NCBI RefSeq assembly: GCF_006345805.1
Contig: NW_021836170.1
Span: 4,480 to 68,479 of the forward strand
Direction of reading: 5' to 3'
DNA length: 64,000 bases
DNA from: Octopus sinensis
Lineage: Eukaryota
Shown here: positions 1 through 13,845 of the stretch, one piece after another
Layout of the letters: each line of letters starts with the position of its first letter
How positions within the stretch are numbered: the stretch's first letter is position 1
The notes under the pieces: model-generated
Database searches by the model: none
What the model saw: the letters and a program-made list of their open reading frames with translations, nothing else
What the model was told of the DNA's origin: nothing
Made by a program: the position numbers and the translations under genes

Positions 1-65
1 TTAGTATCTTAAAAATTTCTTCGAGAAAAACTCTTAGATATAAACTATAAAAATCACAAAAAAAA

Positions 66-1541
66 TTAATTCTTGTATTCCATTAAATATTTGGTTTGCT
101 CATTATCCAGCCCATGAGTTATCATCATTCTACGCAGCGTCTAAGACTGCCACATCAAAAAATCACCTCTGTGTAGAATTCTCCCTTAACTGGAAGACCC
201 AAAAATGCCCTGGTCTTAATAATTCTCATCGCAGCCATTGACACAGCCGGAGACATTTCATAAATAAACCTTTTCGTTATTCTTCCAAAACTCACTTCAT
301 GCGGGGAAAAATCAGCTCCAAAGTTTCAAGACCTCCAACATAATCGTTTATTTCGAATTGGAAGCCAGACTTTAGAAACATCAACGCTGTGTAATTCACG
401 TGTGTCGTGGGGAGAATAGATGGACTCCATTTGGAAATTAAATCCTCGATTTTCTTAATAAAAATTCGAACATCAATCCCTTTTTCATTATCTTGGTTAT
501 TCCTGAGATTAATAATCCAAAATACATCATCGTAATATTTTTTTTACATTCCGAGAGCATCAAAATTCTCCGATAGATGTATTCATTATTCATATGAGAA
601 AAACACTCAGTACACGTGTTTGATGAGTCCACAGAGTTCTTAGAACAAAAGGGACAATTTGTAGATGATAAGAGTGCCTCAAATTTATCGTCGCTGCACC
701 GTGGACAGCGACAAGTAAAGCAATAGGGCTTTAACAAGGATTGTCGCTCCTCGTGGCTATTCATGACGTCAATATATGTTATCGTGATAGTAGTATTGCG
801 AGGAATGTCCTTCATGGCGACCACTCGTTGTTGCAATCCATTGAAATTTGTGGCTGCATTGGGAATGCAAGAATGGTCATACTTTGATGTACTGAATTTA
901 ACGTATGAATATATTTACTTTAAATAAAGACCAACTCCTATTTTCTCGTCAAAATTCAAAATTTCAAAACTGTTTGTTTGCATTCGACAGTAAATTTCCA
1001 CAAGTTGTGAAAAATCTTGCAAATCGTGCACATTCGAACAATATTTTTCGGCAATTTCAACATTCTTTTTCATTCGGTCAGATAAATACTCGAAATCTAA
1101 CCAATTGTGATATTTTACGATTACTAGACACTAAGTCATAAAAACATCTCCCATCCGGGCCCTCTCGTTTGGTAAATAATCCCAATTTGTCCTTTTATAT
1201 AATTTAAATAGATACTTTGATAATTAAATGATAAAATAAACGAGTTGAGTCAGAAGGGAGATCGCACGAGTGTTGCACGAGTTTAAGTTGAGAACATTCG
1301 TATTTATGGATTTTCCACGATTTTTTCTGTGAATAAATAGTTTTTAATACTTGGCACATGCTGGAACAGAAATAAAGGATATTGCAAGCACTGCACTTTT
1401 TTAAAGGTCTAGAATATATATTACTCTAAATTACCTATCATTTCTCAAGCACCACGAGCAGTTAACTTTCAACAGTGATTTTTTTAATATGTGTACAAAT
1501 GGAAATGAGGATTCGATAATGTCTCCACACCTGAATTGCAT
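66..1541 (-). CDS. SMYD-family SET and MYND domain lysine methyltransferase (SMYD3-like), multi-exon
   Basis: Manual exon joining gives MQFRCGDIIESSFPFVHIL..CSWC..KKCSACNILYFCSSMCQ..SWKIHKYEC (MYND), then NSFEI..GVGLYLNTSKYDHSCIPNA..TITYID..YCFTCRCPRC (SET and post-SET). A 27-nt GT-AG intron lies at 892-918. The 3' end is approximate. Confidence 0.88.
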
Positions 1542-1639
1542 AATTTATTTTATTGCAAGTTATGTTAATTTAAAAATAAAAAATATCATGTCGAAAATTA
1601 ATTATCAGAATTAGTAAAATTAAATTTATTAAAGAATAA

Positions 1640-2570
1640 CTCCCAGAAAGTGCTCTTAGATCAGTAATCTCCTATACTGTTTGTCATATATCTGGAAGCT
1701 GTATTGAGAGAACTAAAACCATACTATGAAGGAAAGATCAATGTGGGGGCACACGCGGATGACGTGGATTTTATTTCTTCCGACAGGGACGCTCTGAAAA
1801 GCCTACTGGAGGTGATGCCAAATAGACTTGCTGAGTGGTTCCTCAATGTAAATGTGGAGAAAACAGAATTTACTGAACTAGCAAGACAGAAGTCTAAGCT
1901 GGATGAACATTGGAGAAAAGTAAAGAAACTCGGATCATTATTGGGAGACGAACAAGACGTGATTATGCGAAAAACACATGCAAACAGTGCACTACGCAGT
2001 TAAAGAAAAATTGACTAAAACGCAAAGGACTTAGCACAAAAACACGGATACGACTATACAATTCACTAGTGAAGCCAATACTCCTATATAACGCCGGAAT
2101 TTGGGGACTTTCCGCTACAGACAATGACAACCTAGACTCTTTCCATAGAGATCATCTCCGACGTACTCTAGCCTCCAAGTGGCATTCAAGGTTGAGTAAC
2201 AGAACAGTTTATGCCAGAACATCAAGCAAACCAATCTCGCTCGAAATTACCGAATGCAGATAAAGGCTGTTTGGACACATTCTAAAAATGGATTTGAATG
2301 CACCGGCAAACGCCGCTATGGAGGACTATTTCGAAGCTATGGGTCATGGTTTCCGTGGACGACTAAGAAATACTCTCCCGGGTACGCTGGATAGAGACCT
2401 AAAGAGGGCTGGTAAAGAATTGAAAGACGGAGACGATCTCGATACACTGCGGGACGTCACTTAAGATCGCGGGAAATAGAATAAACTAATTACTCTTATT
2501 GTTTCCTGTGCTGCACAAGCTTTGTCGTGATTCATGGCATCGCAAAAGTGCCTATAATAAGTGCTCTTCA
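1640..2570 (+). mobile_element. RTE-clade LINE, 3' fragment (RT domains 5-7, C-terminus and 3' UTR), decayed
   Basis: AHADDVDF (YADD-like), LNVNVEKTE, KKLGSLLG, KPILLYNAGIWG, RLFGHIL. Near-identical family copies at 30975-31270 and 44770-46390. Confidence 0.85.
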
Positions 2571-2589
2571 GACTGCAAGCTTTCGTCAA

Positions 2590-3560
2590 GGTGCAGTTCT
2601 CTGTTTTTGCTGACTAAATTTCAAGAAAGGACAGGATCGGTGAGCATCAAACGAGATGCTTTCAAGAGTCTTCTTAAAAACAGTTGACTGAAAATAAGCT
2701 TGTAAATAATTAAAAAATTGGATTTTTGATAGCTTTCTGCTTTCATTGGCAAGAGTTGAGATAGGTCGTTTTATATGCGTATCCAACTCTGTCAACTGTG
2801 TTTTAATCGTCATTTCCAAACCTCTTTTAATTGGGAGTATAGAGTTTTTCAATAAATTATTTATTTTGTACTCCCTAACAGTGTCATTTTATTTGGCCTC
2901 CTATTTGTTGCATGCTCTTTTACTTTCTAGTATATTGTGAATAATCCAAAAACTTGAATAAGTAAATATTAATTATATAATCTTCTCCATCAGAAGTAGC
3001 GACTTCCTCTTTTCCTTTCGAGGTGCTGACAAACACTGGAGATGTTGTAATCACTCTTATTTGGTGATAAATCTCCTTTATTCTTCTTTTCAGTAAAGAG
3101 TCTTCCCTACGGTTTAACTTTGCTCCTATAAGAAGCAATCATCCTCTCAAGAGTTTTCTTTATAGTAAGTGATTGTATGTATGCATGTGTTCTCTCACTG
3201 ATATAAAGCAAACGTAGATATTGTAAGCATTTCTGCATGAAGAATCGAAAAAACTTCTTTTGCAGACACCACTTCGGTGTTTTAAGTCCATAAGGAATCC
3301 AAGAAGCATAAGTTCACATAAAACAAAAATTGAGCTCAATCGTCTTCCAAAATTGTTACGGGAAAAGTATAATCTTTGTTTGTTGGCTGGTCGAAAGTGC
3401 ATCTTGTATTCTATTAATTTTGCTCGGATTCTATCGTCCACCATTTCATATTCAAATGGCACAATATCAACTAGTCCAATGTAATATTTTTACAGTCAAA
3501 GAGGGTGTTCATTAATTGCTTTGACCAGATTCACTCCATTCAGTTTTGTATTTGCTAGCC
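2590..3560 (-). mobile_element. R4/Dong-like (REL endonuclease) non-LTR fragments
   Basis: KLIEYKMHFRPANKQRLYFSRNNFGRRLSSI..MLL and C-terminal KKTLESI, shared with other copies of this family in the window. Confidence 0.6.
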
Positions 3561-3849
3561 TTTTAATTCCCGTGATTACTTCTTTGTATTTGCTAACCTT
3601 TTAAATCGAGGATTATTTTCAGGATTTCCAGTTTAACTTTCAAGTACTCCCAGATACTTATATCAATCAATTTTGTCAAAAACTTTTACCTCCGTTGTTA
3701 ACAATGCAGTGTTCACGGTTGATTTTTACAGATTTTTCTCCAGCCCAGCTGCACGGAAATAGCGATTCACCTTTTCCATCATTGGAACAGTAACATCCTC
3801 ATTTTTGAGACGTTTAAGTCATCGATTAAGAGAAAATGATTAAATGAAT

Positions 3850-4900
3850 GAATTTTTTATTAAAACGGAAAAGCCGAAAAAATAGAGAGAAAGTTAATGA
3901 GACAACGTATGCCTGTTCTCCGTTGTTTCCCTCTTTTTTTTAATTCGAGAGGAAAAGGCTCTCTCAATAACACTTCCAACCGTTTCCGTCCCGTCTTCCA
4001 TCTCTTGAGGGATGGGTTGGTCTAGCTGGAGTCCATTTGCCAATTTGATGGCATATCGTCTCGTCTTTTCGATCTTAGTGATAATGCCATCCCTCTCAGC
4101 AGTAGGGTACCATCCCTCGAACCGGTAGGTAAGCAATGGTTCGACGCATGTTTTATAAACATATAAAAACGTTTCCGGACAAAGCTGGAAGTGAATTATG
4201 CTTCTGAGAATTTGAGCGCATTTCCTTCTCCTTGAGTCGATGTATCTGAAGTAAGAGCCCTTGGATCCAACTTCAACCCCAAGGTATTTCAGGTTCTCCG
4301 TTGCTGTAAACCCATAGAGGTTTCTCGGGGGTTTTCGTTTAGCTCCCTGTTTTGCAATCCAAGTGGCGGTGCACTTTTCTTTTGCGAGCGTCAGTCCTTT
4401 TGAAATGCACCACTCTTCGACTCTTGTCACGTATCCTTTTAATTTCCTCCACGAGATGTCTTTTCTCCACAAAGCATCCGTTATTAGTATGTCGTCCGCG
4501 TAGATCATGAGACGACTGGTAGGATCTTTCAGTTTTGGAATATCAGCAACGTAAATATTAAAAAGCAGAGGGCTCAATACCGAGCCTTGAGGTACCACTC
4601 TTTTAAGATCGACAGATTCCGACAAACGGTTTCCGCTATGACCTCCTCATTGATAAATAGGTCTTCAGCCAATTGACCGTTCTAGACCCGGGTTTGATTT
4701 TGGCGACACTTTCCAAGAGGCCCAGGTGCCATACGCTGTCAAAAGCTTTTGAGACATCGAGGCAGATAGCAATAGTCGCTGTATTGTTAGCAAGACTAAG
4801 CGAGATGACTTTCTCGAGTTCTCCGAAACAATCACCACAGGATCTTTTTCGTCGGAATCCCCACTGCTCCGCTGCAAATGCTTTTTGTTGCAGCTACAAT
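3850..4900 (-). mobile_element. I/Jockey-group non-LTR reverse transcriptase fragment
   Basis: ORF 3894-4625 contains VPQGSVLSPLLFNIYVAD, IYADD and KYLGV. Confidence 0.8.
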
Positions 4901-5702
4901 GATTCCCAGTTGAATGAATGAATGAGAAAATGATTTGTTGAGAACAACGGACTAACTTAAAATAATATTTACTTAACGATTGCTTATTTAATCAAAATGT
5001 AAATTTTAATCGGAATAAATCCACACCAATAATTATTTAGCGATAGTTATAATTCGGGTGATTGATGACTCGTGTGTGCATGAAAAATGTAGTAATAAGC
5101 ATTCCAATCATAAAGAACCCGAGTATGACCGCAGTCGCAATTTTATAAGGAAGAAATTTGTCGTAAGTCTAACAGTACAAATAAGTAGAAAAACATAAAC
5201 TGTCGAATTTGATTGTTCACATTTCATAAAAACCAAAAATAATGTTACAATAAGAGATGATAAAAATAAAAGAAAAGATGTATTTCTATATTAGTTAAAT
5301 ATTGAAAACAACCTTATTTTTGTATTGTTGAAGTGTGCAGCTAATAGAGCAGTTAGAATTGTCAGACTCCAAACAACAACAATTATTTGTAGGCCTATTC
5401 CAACCATTATATATAACCAATGGAAACATGATTTAAAGTGCCAGTTATTGAATCGCTGAATTATTAATAACTAATTTAAATATTCTGCTAGTTTATGTAA
5501 ATTCAAATTAAATAAAAAATTGATGTTTCTAGTTTTTTTAAGATTAAAAAAAGAAAGATTTCTTAGAAGTACATTATCACTTTCTTTGCCAATATCTATA
5601 CCATTTTCAGTTCAATTCTGACATTTTTATATCAATTTCCACAAAACAATATTCAAATTTGACAATGCAATATTTAATTTAATTATTCCGATATTCAATA
5701 TA

Positions 5703-7373
5703 CACCCCTCGTCACCGAAAACCGGACAAGCTATTCTTGATGATTTTATTAATTAAATATGAAAAATCAAAAACTTACGCTTAAATCAAAAACTTACGCT
5801 AAAACGATCATCGAGAACGGACATGGCTTTTCCAACGCATATCAATAGCCATCTTGCGTGGGAATTGCCATTCCATCTTGTCCTCCTAAACATTTTGACT
5901 TTAATTTAAACACTTGTGTTTCAAAAAAAAATATCTTTACTTAATAATATTAATTATGTTATTATAGAACTTATATTTAAAGCAGAATTTCAATTTATTT
6001 ATGAGATGTAAAACCGGACAAAAATAAAAACAAGTCATTTAGTAGTTAATATGCCCACCATTTGCACTGAAAATTTTGTAACATCTATTTTTCATAGACA
6101 TTGCTAGTTTTTCAATAATTCTGGTGATATATTATTCCATATTTCTGTTAATTTGTCCTTTAGTTCATTTTTGTTTTTGACTACATTTTTTGATAATTCT
6201 CTCTTCATTTCTGCCCATAGATGTTCTATGGGCGTTTAAATCCGGTGACTGAGCCAGCCATTGAAGTAAAATAATGTTTTTTTAATATAATCTTGTACTA
6301 TTTTAGATTTATGGCAAAGTGCATTATTCTGTTATAAAATTAATTAGTCTATCCCGAATTTTTTGGCACATTCAAATATATTATTGGATAAAATATTAGT
6401 ATATTTTGCGCTATTTAGGATTCCATTAATAAAAACAAGATTACAGACTACTTTATATGAGAAACTGCTTCAGACCATTACTTTTCCACCAACGAATTTT
6501 ACAGTTGGGATAATATTGCATTTTTTGTATGCAGAACCATTTTCTCTATACACTATTTGATGCTTATTGGTATTAAAAATATCAAAAGACCATTCATCAA
6601 TAAAAATTACCGACTTCCATGTCTCGTCGGAAATGCTTAAAAATGATTTCGTAATTTTACGTCTTAAAATTATGTTTTTTGTGGATAAAAGAGGTTTTCT
6701 TTTAGCAGCTCGGCCATATAATCCTTTCTTATTTAAATTTCGAAATACTATTCTTGTTGAAATTTTTTTTGAACATAGTTTTAATTTTGATAGTAAGAGT
6801 TTTGGCACTTTTATTAGAAGTATTATTTGATAGTTCTACTAAAATCAAAATTTCTTCCTCTGTCGATATTTTTTTTTCAGTTCCCGGATGTCTGTTAATT
6901 GATCCAGTTTTTTTGAATTTCTGAATCACATCTGATACAGTTGATTTTGAGACTCCTATACTTGCAGGAATCATTCGATAAGTCACATTATGATTATAAA
7001 ATGCAATAATTTGTCCTTTCAGGAAATCTAAAAGGTGACTTCTTCTTTAACTATACATTTTTAGCTTCTTTTCAACGACTTTTAGATCTATAAAAGTTTT
7101 GTCCGGTTTTACATGTCATAATTTTTTTTTTAAATTTCAAATCAATGTTAAAACAAATTAATCAGAAATTAATCGGCCAGCAAGCCGGATGGAACAGCTG
7201 TTCCCATAATTAAATTGAAATTCTGCTTTAAATATTAGTTCTATAATAGCATAATTAATAATTAATACACAATTATTATTAAGTAAAAATATTAAGCATA
7301 AGTTTTTTATTTTTCGTATTTAATTAATAAAATCATAAAAAATGGCTTGTCCGGTTTTCGGTGACGAGGGGTG
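5703..7373 (-). mobile_element. Tc1-family DNA transposon with long IR/DR-type TIRs; transposase decayed
   Basis: TIR CACCCCTCGTCACCGAAAACCGGACAAGC at both ends with TA TSDs (5701-02, 7374-75). Inner AAAACCGGACAA repeats. Protein pieces GVSKSTVSDVIQKFKKTG, AAKRKPLL, WKSVIFIDE, PTVKFVGGKVMV, QSPDLN. Confidence 0.92.
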
Positions 7374-7479
7374 TAGATAATGTTTTGAATTTAAAAAAGT
7401 TGACAATTGGAGTCAACAACTTTTAATTCAGTTTTAATTTAATTCTTTTAACGGCGTAATCTTAAAGCTAGTATCCTCC

Positions 7480-8480
7480 ACAAACTAGCGAGTAATCTTT
7501 AGACCATTTCCGTTCGGGAAAATTTCAGAGAATAATGTCAGAGAGATAACGAGAAGCCGAGCGAGGAGATAGGAATGCCGGAAAGCCCAGATCGGAATAG
7601 GAGCTCATGCCAAGGCCGCTTCAGCGCATCGATAGAGATGCCTAGCCGGGATCGTCGAAAGTCAGATCAGATTGCAAAGTGAGCTTGTACCGAGCCCAAG
7701 GATATGGTTAAAGTTTGACAGAAGGTCACCCCTTTGAAAACAGGGTGCATATCTTAACGTGTAAAGGATCTTGGGGGCGGAAAAATAGTTTCGGAAAAGG
7801 AAAAAAGCCACATGAGGCTCGATGTCTTTAGATAGATTTGAGATTTTTTCAGACAGTGACCCGTGAAGAATGGAAGGACCCATGGGAGCACCAAGAATCG
7901 TCAGATTCGTTTTGGCTGTAATTTAAACGTCGGAAAGAATACTTCGGCATATGGAAGTTGCGAGTGCGAACAGAGTTGGATTTAGATGAATGCTCACAAT
8001 TTCGGATTTGTTTATAATTTTTTTACATTAACAATAATTTTTGACCTGTGAAATATTTGATTTAGATAGTCGTACTATTTGGAGTTATTCGTTTGTTAAA
8101 AACTTCACTGGGGATCTCTTACCTTCCGGTCTTAGCGTGGCGTTATGGGGTCCACCATGTCAGTTGGAAAATTCCAATCGGATATGGCAACGCTCAGGAG
8201 GCACTTAATGCCTACCGAAGAAGGACTTCTAGCTCTCAGACCCTGGGACATCGTCGTCTCAGGTCGATCATGCGGACAGGATCGAACCTTTCAGAAGGAT
8301 CTCCCTCGTTTGGATCGGCGATCACGGGAATAACTATAATTAACTGGCTTTGCCCGTGTTTGGTCTTTAATAAATAAATAAATAATAAAAACTTCACGAT
8401 ACGCTCGACTAGCCTCCGAATAGCAAGCCATTTCCTCACAGCGATCGACAAAGGTTCCAAGAGTTAAAATGACTTTCTTA
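7480..8480 (-). mobile_element. CRE-clade non-LTR RT fragments
   Basis: ILGAPMG..FSAPKILYTLRYAP and a PLSIAV..IRRLV motif, matching the family at 19200-20870. Confidence 0.6.
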
Positions 8481-8689
8481 AGTCGTGTCTTATCATTTAT
8501 ATCCGTCGACCGAGCAAACAAAACGAAAAACAGAATGTTGATCAGCAAGCGCTATAACAACTAAATTTACAAATGCTGGAAAAATCAATAAAACGATATC
8601 AGTCTTAATACTAATGCAGGAAAAAACGCTTCTGACGGTCATGAACGTATATGACCAACAATGGATATAGCAATAAAATGTCCTGAAGA

Positions 8690-10110
8690 AGTCGAAAATT
8701 TTTACTAGAATCTTGACATGGCTATAGGCGATATGCATGCTCCTCCTCTCATTTTCCTTTGCAGATACGGGAATGAAAAAGTGGGAACACGTCCTAAGGA
8801 TGAAAATTTTATCGGAGTTCATAGTAGAGGAACAAGCAACTCAAATGGCGCAGGTTTGGCAAATTTCTGCAGTGCATTGGACCTTTGTTGTGGAGCACGG
8901 CATTTAACCACCCAACAAGACACATGACAAGGTGCGTGGGATAAATACATAACCAGAATGTGGAGATTGTACCTATTTGCAATCAAATTAATTACATCAT
9001 TTGTAAGCGTAATCTCAAATGCATATTGATGGACTCAAATTTCACGAAGTAATACTTCTATCGAGTGGGCATAAAGCAGTTTTCACTTGATTTAAATTTC
9101 ATTTAAGTTAGAATTTGATCAAAAAAACAGTAGAAACACTCCTCTGGAAATCTAACCGTGCCAAACTGACATGCAAAGGATTCTACGCACAATAGATTTA
9201 ATAAGAGTCGATAAATTTGTCTTAAAATTAAATTTAAATATAAACCTGATGATCTCTGGACTTGATTATCAGACAGAATTAAAAACATGCTTGGTCGTTG
9301 CTAAAGAGTGTTTCAAGAAAACCGAAAACTGCCTATCTATATTACAAAAATTGGCATTCTATCATGAAACAGAAAAAGCTTAGATTTCGTATAGAGAATA
9401 TAAAGCATGCAAATATCAAAACAGAACTAAATTTAAGAGGAACTCCATTCTACGGGATATAAAGAGTAGAGTACGCCTGCTTTATCAAAGATCACTTGAA
9501 GAGTATGGCAAAAAAGTTGAACAGCTCAATTATGGCCCAAAAATGTTCCGAGATATTTGATTGCTAAACAGAACGAACAGGCCTAAATAGTTAATTCCAC
9601 ACAATGACTATGAAAGAAAAATGTTTGATAAAAAAGAGATGGCCGGAAAAATTGTTGTCTACTTTGAATCCCTTTTCAAAAATGACATTGAGCATATATC
9701 TCAGTTTTTTTGAGATCATAAATGTCTAACTGTTCCAATTACTATCACAAAGATGCAAGTTTCTCTACGGAAATTGAATAATGGTACGAGTTTGGGTATT
9801 GATGTCATTAATAGAGAACTTTTAGAATATTCGCCAAGCTTACTCGCTCATCAGTTATGCGACATACTAAACGGCATATTCACGGCATATACCAACGTTT
9901 CACATGGACAAGGAGTCCAAAGGGACAGAAACCAGGGAAATCGGTTGGACCATTAAAAAAATCTCAGACTTATAATTCTCTTACGATAACTATTTTCGTT
10001 AATTGTTCTTCACAGAATCTCTATTATCGTAGACAAATTCTTGTCTGTGGGACAAAGTGGGTTCAGTAGGAGAGACAAGACTGTAATCTACTCGTAGTGT
10101 TTTCTGCAAA
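8690..10110 (+). mobile_element. RTE-clade LINE, APE endonuclease plus N-terminal RT, heavily decayed
   Basis: AIGDMHA..VG..G..NSNG, NQINYIICKR, LRKLNNG.SLGIDVINRELLEY; homologous to 44770-45500. Confidence 0.75.
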
Positions 10111-11248
10111 CCAATCATTTCAATTGGTTACTAATAGGAGTCACCATTTATACACTTAGTATAGTTGTCAAAAATAGCATTACGTGTCTACGACAACGCT
10201 AGTTCATTTTTCACGATTTGGGCCTTCCCTCTGTCCCCTGCAACTAGAATTTAACAATTAGTAGACGAGTGCTGTTTGGGAACCCGAAAATATATCCTCT
10301 GTTTTTTGACTAAACATCGGTCATAAACTGGAGTAAAACAGTACATTTCTCTCGGTGCCTTGCTTTTCGACCTGGCAATTGACTAATCATTTTTGGACTG
10401 TCCTTCTGGGTTTTAAGCATTTTGGCAAAACTTTGTTTTTAAAGATGACGAATTTTGCAGACTGGTTTTTAGGACTCATTCAAACCTTTTGCTAACTACA
10501 GACAAATTAAAGAAATTAACTGGCACGAAATCTTGGCTTCAGAACTATTTAAGATTTTGAAACTCTTGCTCAACATGTACAGTGTGGCCTACCTCCACTG
10601 CACATGAAAACAACGGTACCTCGCTAAACGCATTCCAAGCAGCATGAACGGCGACTCTACTCGAAAACAATTCATTCAGAACTGGCTTTTTTCTCCGACT
10701 CGGATTTCATCAATACACAGTTTATAACTGCCGCTGCATAACCATAAAAGACGTGGAAAGACTACTTTTTCTCTTAAGTTTCTCTCCATACTTTACCGTC
10801 CAGATTGCTGGCATACCTTCTATCTCTGAACAAGCAGGTCTAGACCGTGGCAAAGAAGCAAAACCAAACAAAATGACTATATTTCCTTTTCAAGCAGGCC
10901 TTTCATTTTTGTAAGAGACAACGTGCACACGTTCTCATCTTCAAATATCATCCCATAGGAAGAACGACCAGGGCACATTCCGAATAACGCTGAGCTTGCC
11001 ACAAAAATAAGTACAAAATTCTCTCGGATCATCACTGTTTTACGCCTGTAACATTTGATACATGCCGGTAGCATTCGAATTCTTACGGGTATGATCACTG
11101 AACTCGAGAGGAGGATTGTTTTACGTAGTAATGAGAAACGCGGGTCATCAAGACATTCAAACCTATAATCACCCTGAGTCAAGACCGCTAATTTTCTATT
11201 TCGAAAAAACGAAATAGGGATTTTAGATTCAATAGTTTTTTTAACCGA

Positions 11249-11373
11249 TACGGTCCTTTCCATAATAAATAAACCAATTACAAAATAATTTTTTACAAGA
11301 AAAGTTTTTTTTAACTGAAACGGTCCTTTCCACAATAAATAAACCAATTACAAAATAATTTTTTACAAGAAAA
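11249..11373. repeat. Direct tandem duplication, about 55-bp unit present twice
   Basis: ACGGTCCTTTCCA(T/C)AATAAATAAACCAATTACAAAATAATTTTTTACAAGAAAA at about 11249 and about 11320. Confidence 0.85.
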
Positions 11374-11399
11374 ATATCAATCAATATAAAATAGGCGCA

Positions 11400-13845
11400 G
11401 AAATATCATCTAAAATGAAAAAAATAACATTTCTCACCACCAGCCTCATTTATAATAGAAACAATCAGTTTCTTTGCTACGCGACGTAATCGTTGTAATT
11501 CAACTGAAAACATAGCCAGAGCAGTAGAACAGGCCACAGCCGTATCAAATGTTAATTTAAGCTAAAATAAGCAATAGAAACCAACTTGTTGAGTAAACTT
11601 AGAGTTAACCAACAATGTCCTTGTATCTGGAAGTGCTCTTTTAACATCCAGATCCTACATAAATAAATCACCCAATCCACACCATAATAAAAAGTGATTT
11701 AACCACTATAAACTGATCGGTAATCTCAGTTGGTTTAAGAATAAGTATGTGTTTGTCCTTTACAGTGTAAAGAACTTGTTCATAGTGATCAAAGACATCT
11801 TGGCTCATCTCAACAACAACAAGCCGAGCAACACCTTACAGGTGCAAAAATATTACTAACCACGCTGTATTCGATGACTTTCAAAATATTTTGGATTTTC
11901 TGAAGTTACTTTTCCAGTAACAATTCCCAAATGGAGACAAAAGTTTCTCACCATTAAAAAACGACGAGAAAACTGTCAAAATATTTTTTAACTGTAAACC
12001 AAATCAACCAAGTCCTCTTCAGAAAAGGAATGCCCACTGCTGTCGTCATCAAAATCACCCTCTTTGAGTGGCGCGTCATATGAACAAATATGAAAATCAA
12101 CGGCCTCAAATATCTGAATATTAAAACAAACCTCATAGTGAAAGAAATGTCGATAAAAAACAATCCATGACAGTTTATATGTCTAAAGTCATTATAACTG
12201 TAATTACTCGATTAATTCTATCCAATTCTGAGCAGAAAAGTCTGTATAGTTTGTATAGACTGTTGTAACCAGAAAATGAACAAAGCAACAACAAATATAT
12301 CCGCAAAGAAAAAGTTTTGCAAACACTTTCTACCATAATAGTAAATATAAAGCAAAAACCAAGATATGCTGACTCCTCTAATATATTTGTGACTACGTGG
12401 GAAAGATTTTCTCGAATATTAAAAGTGTCTTCCACCAGGACAAAAGTCTCCCGGCAGATAAAGAGAATTATATTTCCAGCCAAGCATGAGAACAGATTCG
12501 AGCTACTTGCAAGATGAACAATCACTGATTCCATAAACACTCTCTGTCCTAAAAACTCGGCGTGTGAAGGATTTTCTTTATTTATTTGTGAATATATCCA
12601 CCTGTCAATTGGTAACTAAACTTATTTGCAATTTCTTACCTCGTTAAAGACTTGCAAATTTTCAAAAACAAGGGCATGAGCTAAATTTTCCCGCCACTCG
12701 CTTGACTCAACGTAAGTAAAAGTCTGGATTATTAAGAATAAAGGTATGGACCAACGAGAATTAGAAGAATCAAAGCACAACTCGGAGTCACAAATGGTTG
12801 GTTCTTATAAGACATGACTAGAAATATACTTTCGAGTGAAAATAATCGTATTCCACAACCAACGAGTATAAAATAAGTGGAATATAAACCCGTTCTCTGA
12901 AATAAGCACGGAAAAGTGTCGATATTTCAACACATGTTAACAAAATAATATCTTCGATATAGCATAGCTGATCTATATAGGACGAAAATAACGTGCAATT
13001 ATTCTTTCTGTCCTGTTCCAGGTGAAAAGACTCAGATAGAATTGTATTTTTAATAAAACGGGTAAACCCTCCAAGATAGGTGAGGAGATGTGAATCACAA
13101 AGTAGCTTAACTATGATTGGATCAGAGACTAAAATAAAGTCAAAAATCAACCTCTGAAAATATTTAGAAGCACATGCCGAATTACGGCCTGAACCATTGT
13201 ATCAGGGTGATTAAAAAACTTGACCGATTCTGTAAATAAGGGAAATTCATTAGAAATCTTAAATATGGATAATATGTCACCTCGTTGTAAAAGAATCCGG
13301 CGGTGTCATTAGAAAAATGTAATGAAAGTACTTTTAAGAAGGATATATAATGATTAATAGCCTAAAGAATATTTGTATCAAAAATATAATTATTACCTCC
13401 TCCTCGCGAAAGTCAAAATTATAGCTGATAAGATAATTAATTGTGTTGTTTGAGAGAAGTAAATCTAAATAATCAGATTTAATTACAGAGGATTTGTTTG
13501 TTTGTAAGACTTTCAAATATAATGCAAAGATTCTGAAGCAAGCAGAGGGCAATCTCAGGATTATCAACAAGAATGTCTTTCATTATCGTAATAATGTTCA
13601 TCTGCATAAATTGGCTGCATATGTTAAAGGATATTTAAAATCACTTTGATATTCCTTCTGACTGATTAGTTCCCCAAAGGAATATGCGGGTTACTTCATA
13701 AATTGTATTCGATATTGCTGTGCTGTCTGCGAGTTTGCCACATGAGAGCAATTCCATAAGTTCGCTGATCGTCAAAAAATAAATAATACAAAAATCTTTC
13801 TACAGAGGTAGTTTGCTTAGGCCTCCTCAGAAAACTGGGAATCAT
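11400..13845 (-). CDS. CLEC16A: CLEC16A (FPL-domain protein; Ema/GOP-1 orthologue), multi-exon
   Basis: NTIYEVTRIFLWG, LLSNNTINYLISYNFDFREEE, FPLFTESVKFFNHPDTMVQAVIRHVLLNIF and YIDQLCYIEDIILLTC..RVYIPLILYSL match recalled CLEC16A motifs (LLSNNYVNSIIVHKFDFSDEE; FALYTEAIKFFNHPESMVR; HLDHLHYLNDILII..RLFLPLYVYSL). The 3' end is approximate. Confidence 0.88.

Noticed and set aside
10100-11240. ORF 10877-11347 and neighbouring DNA as a host gene
   Set aside because: The ORF start lies in a tandem duplication, there is no protein motif, and the surroundings look like degraded retroelement sequence that I could not assign to a family.
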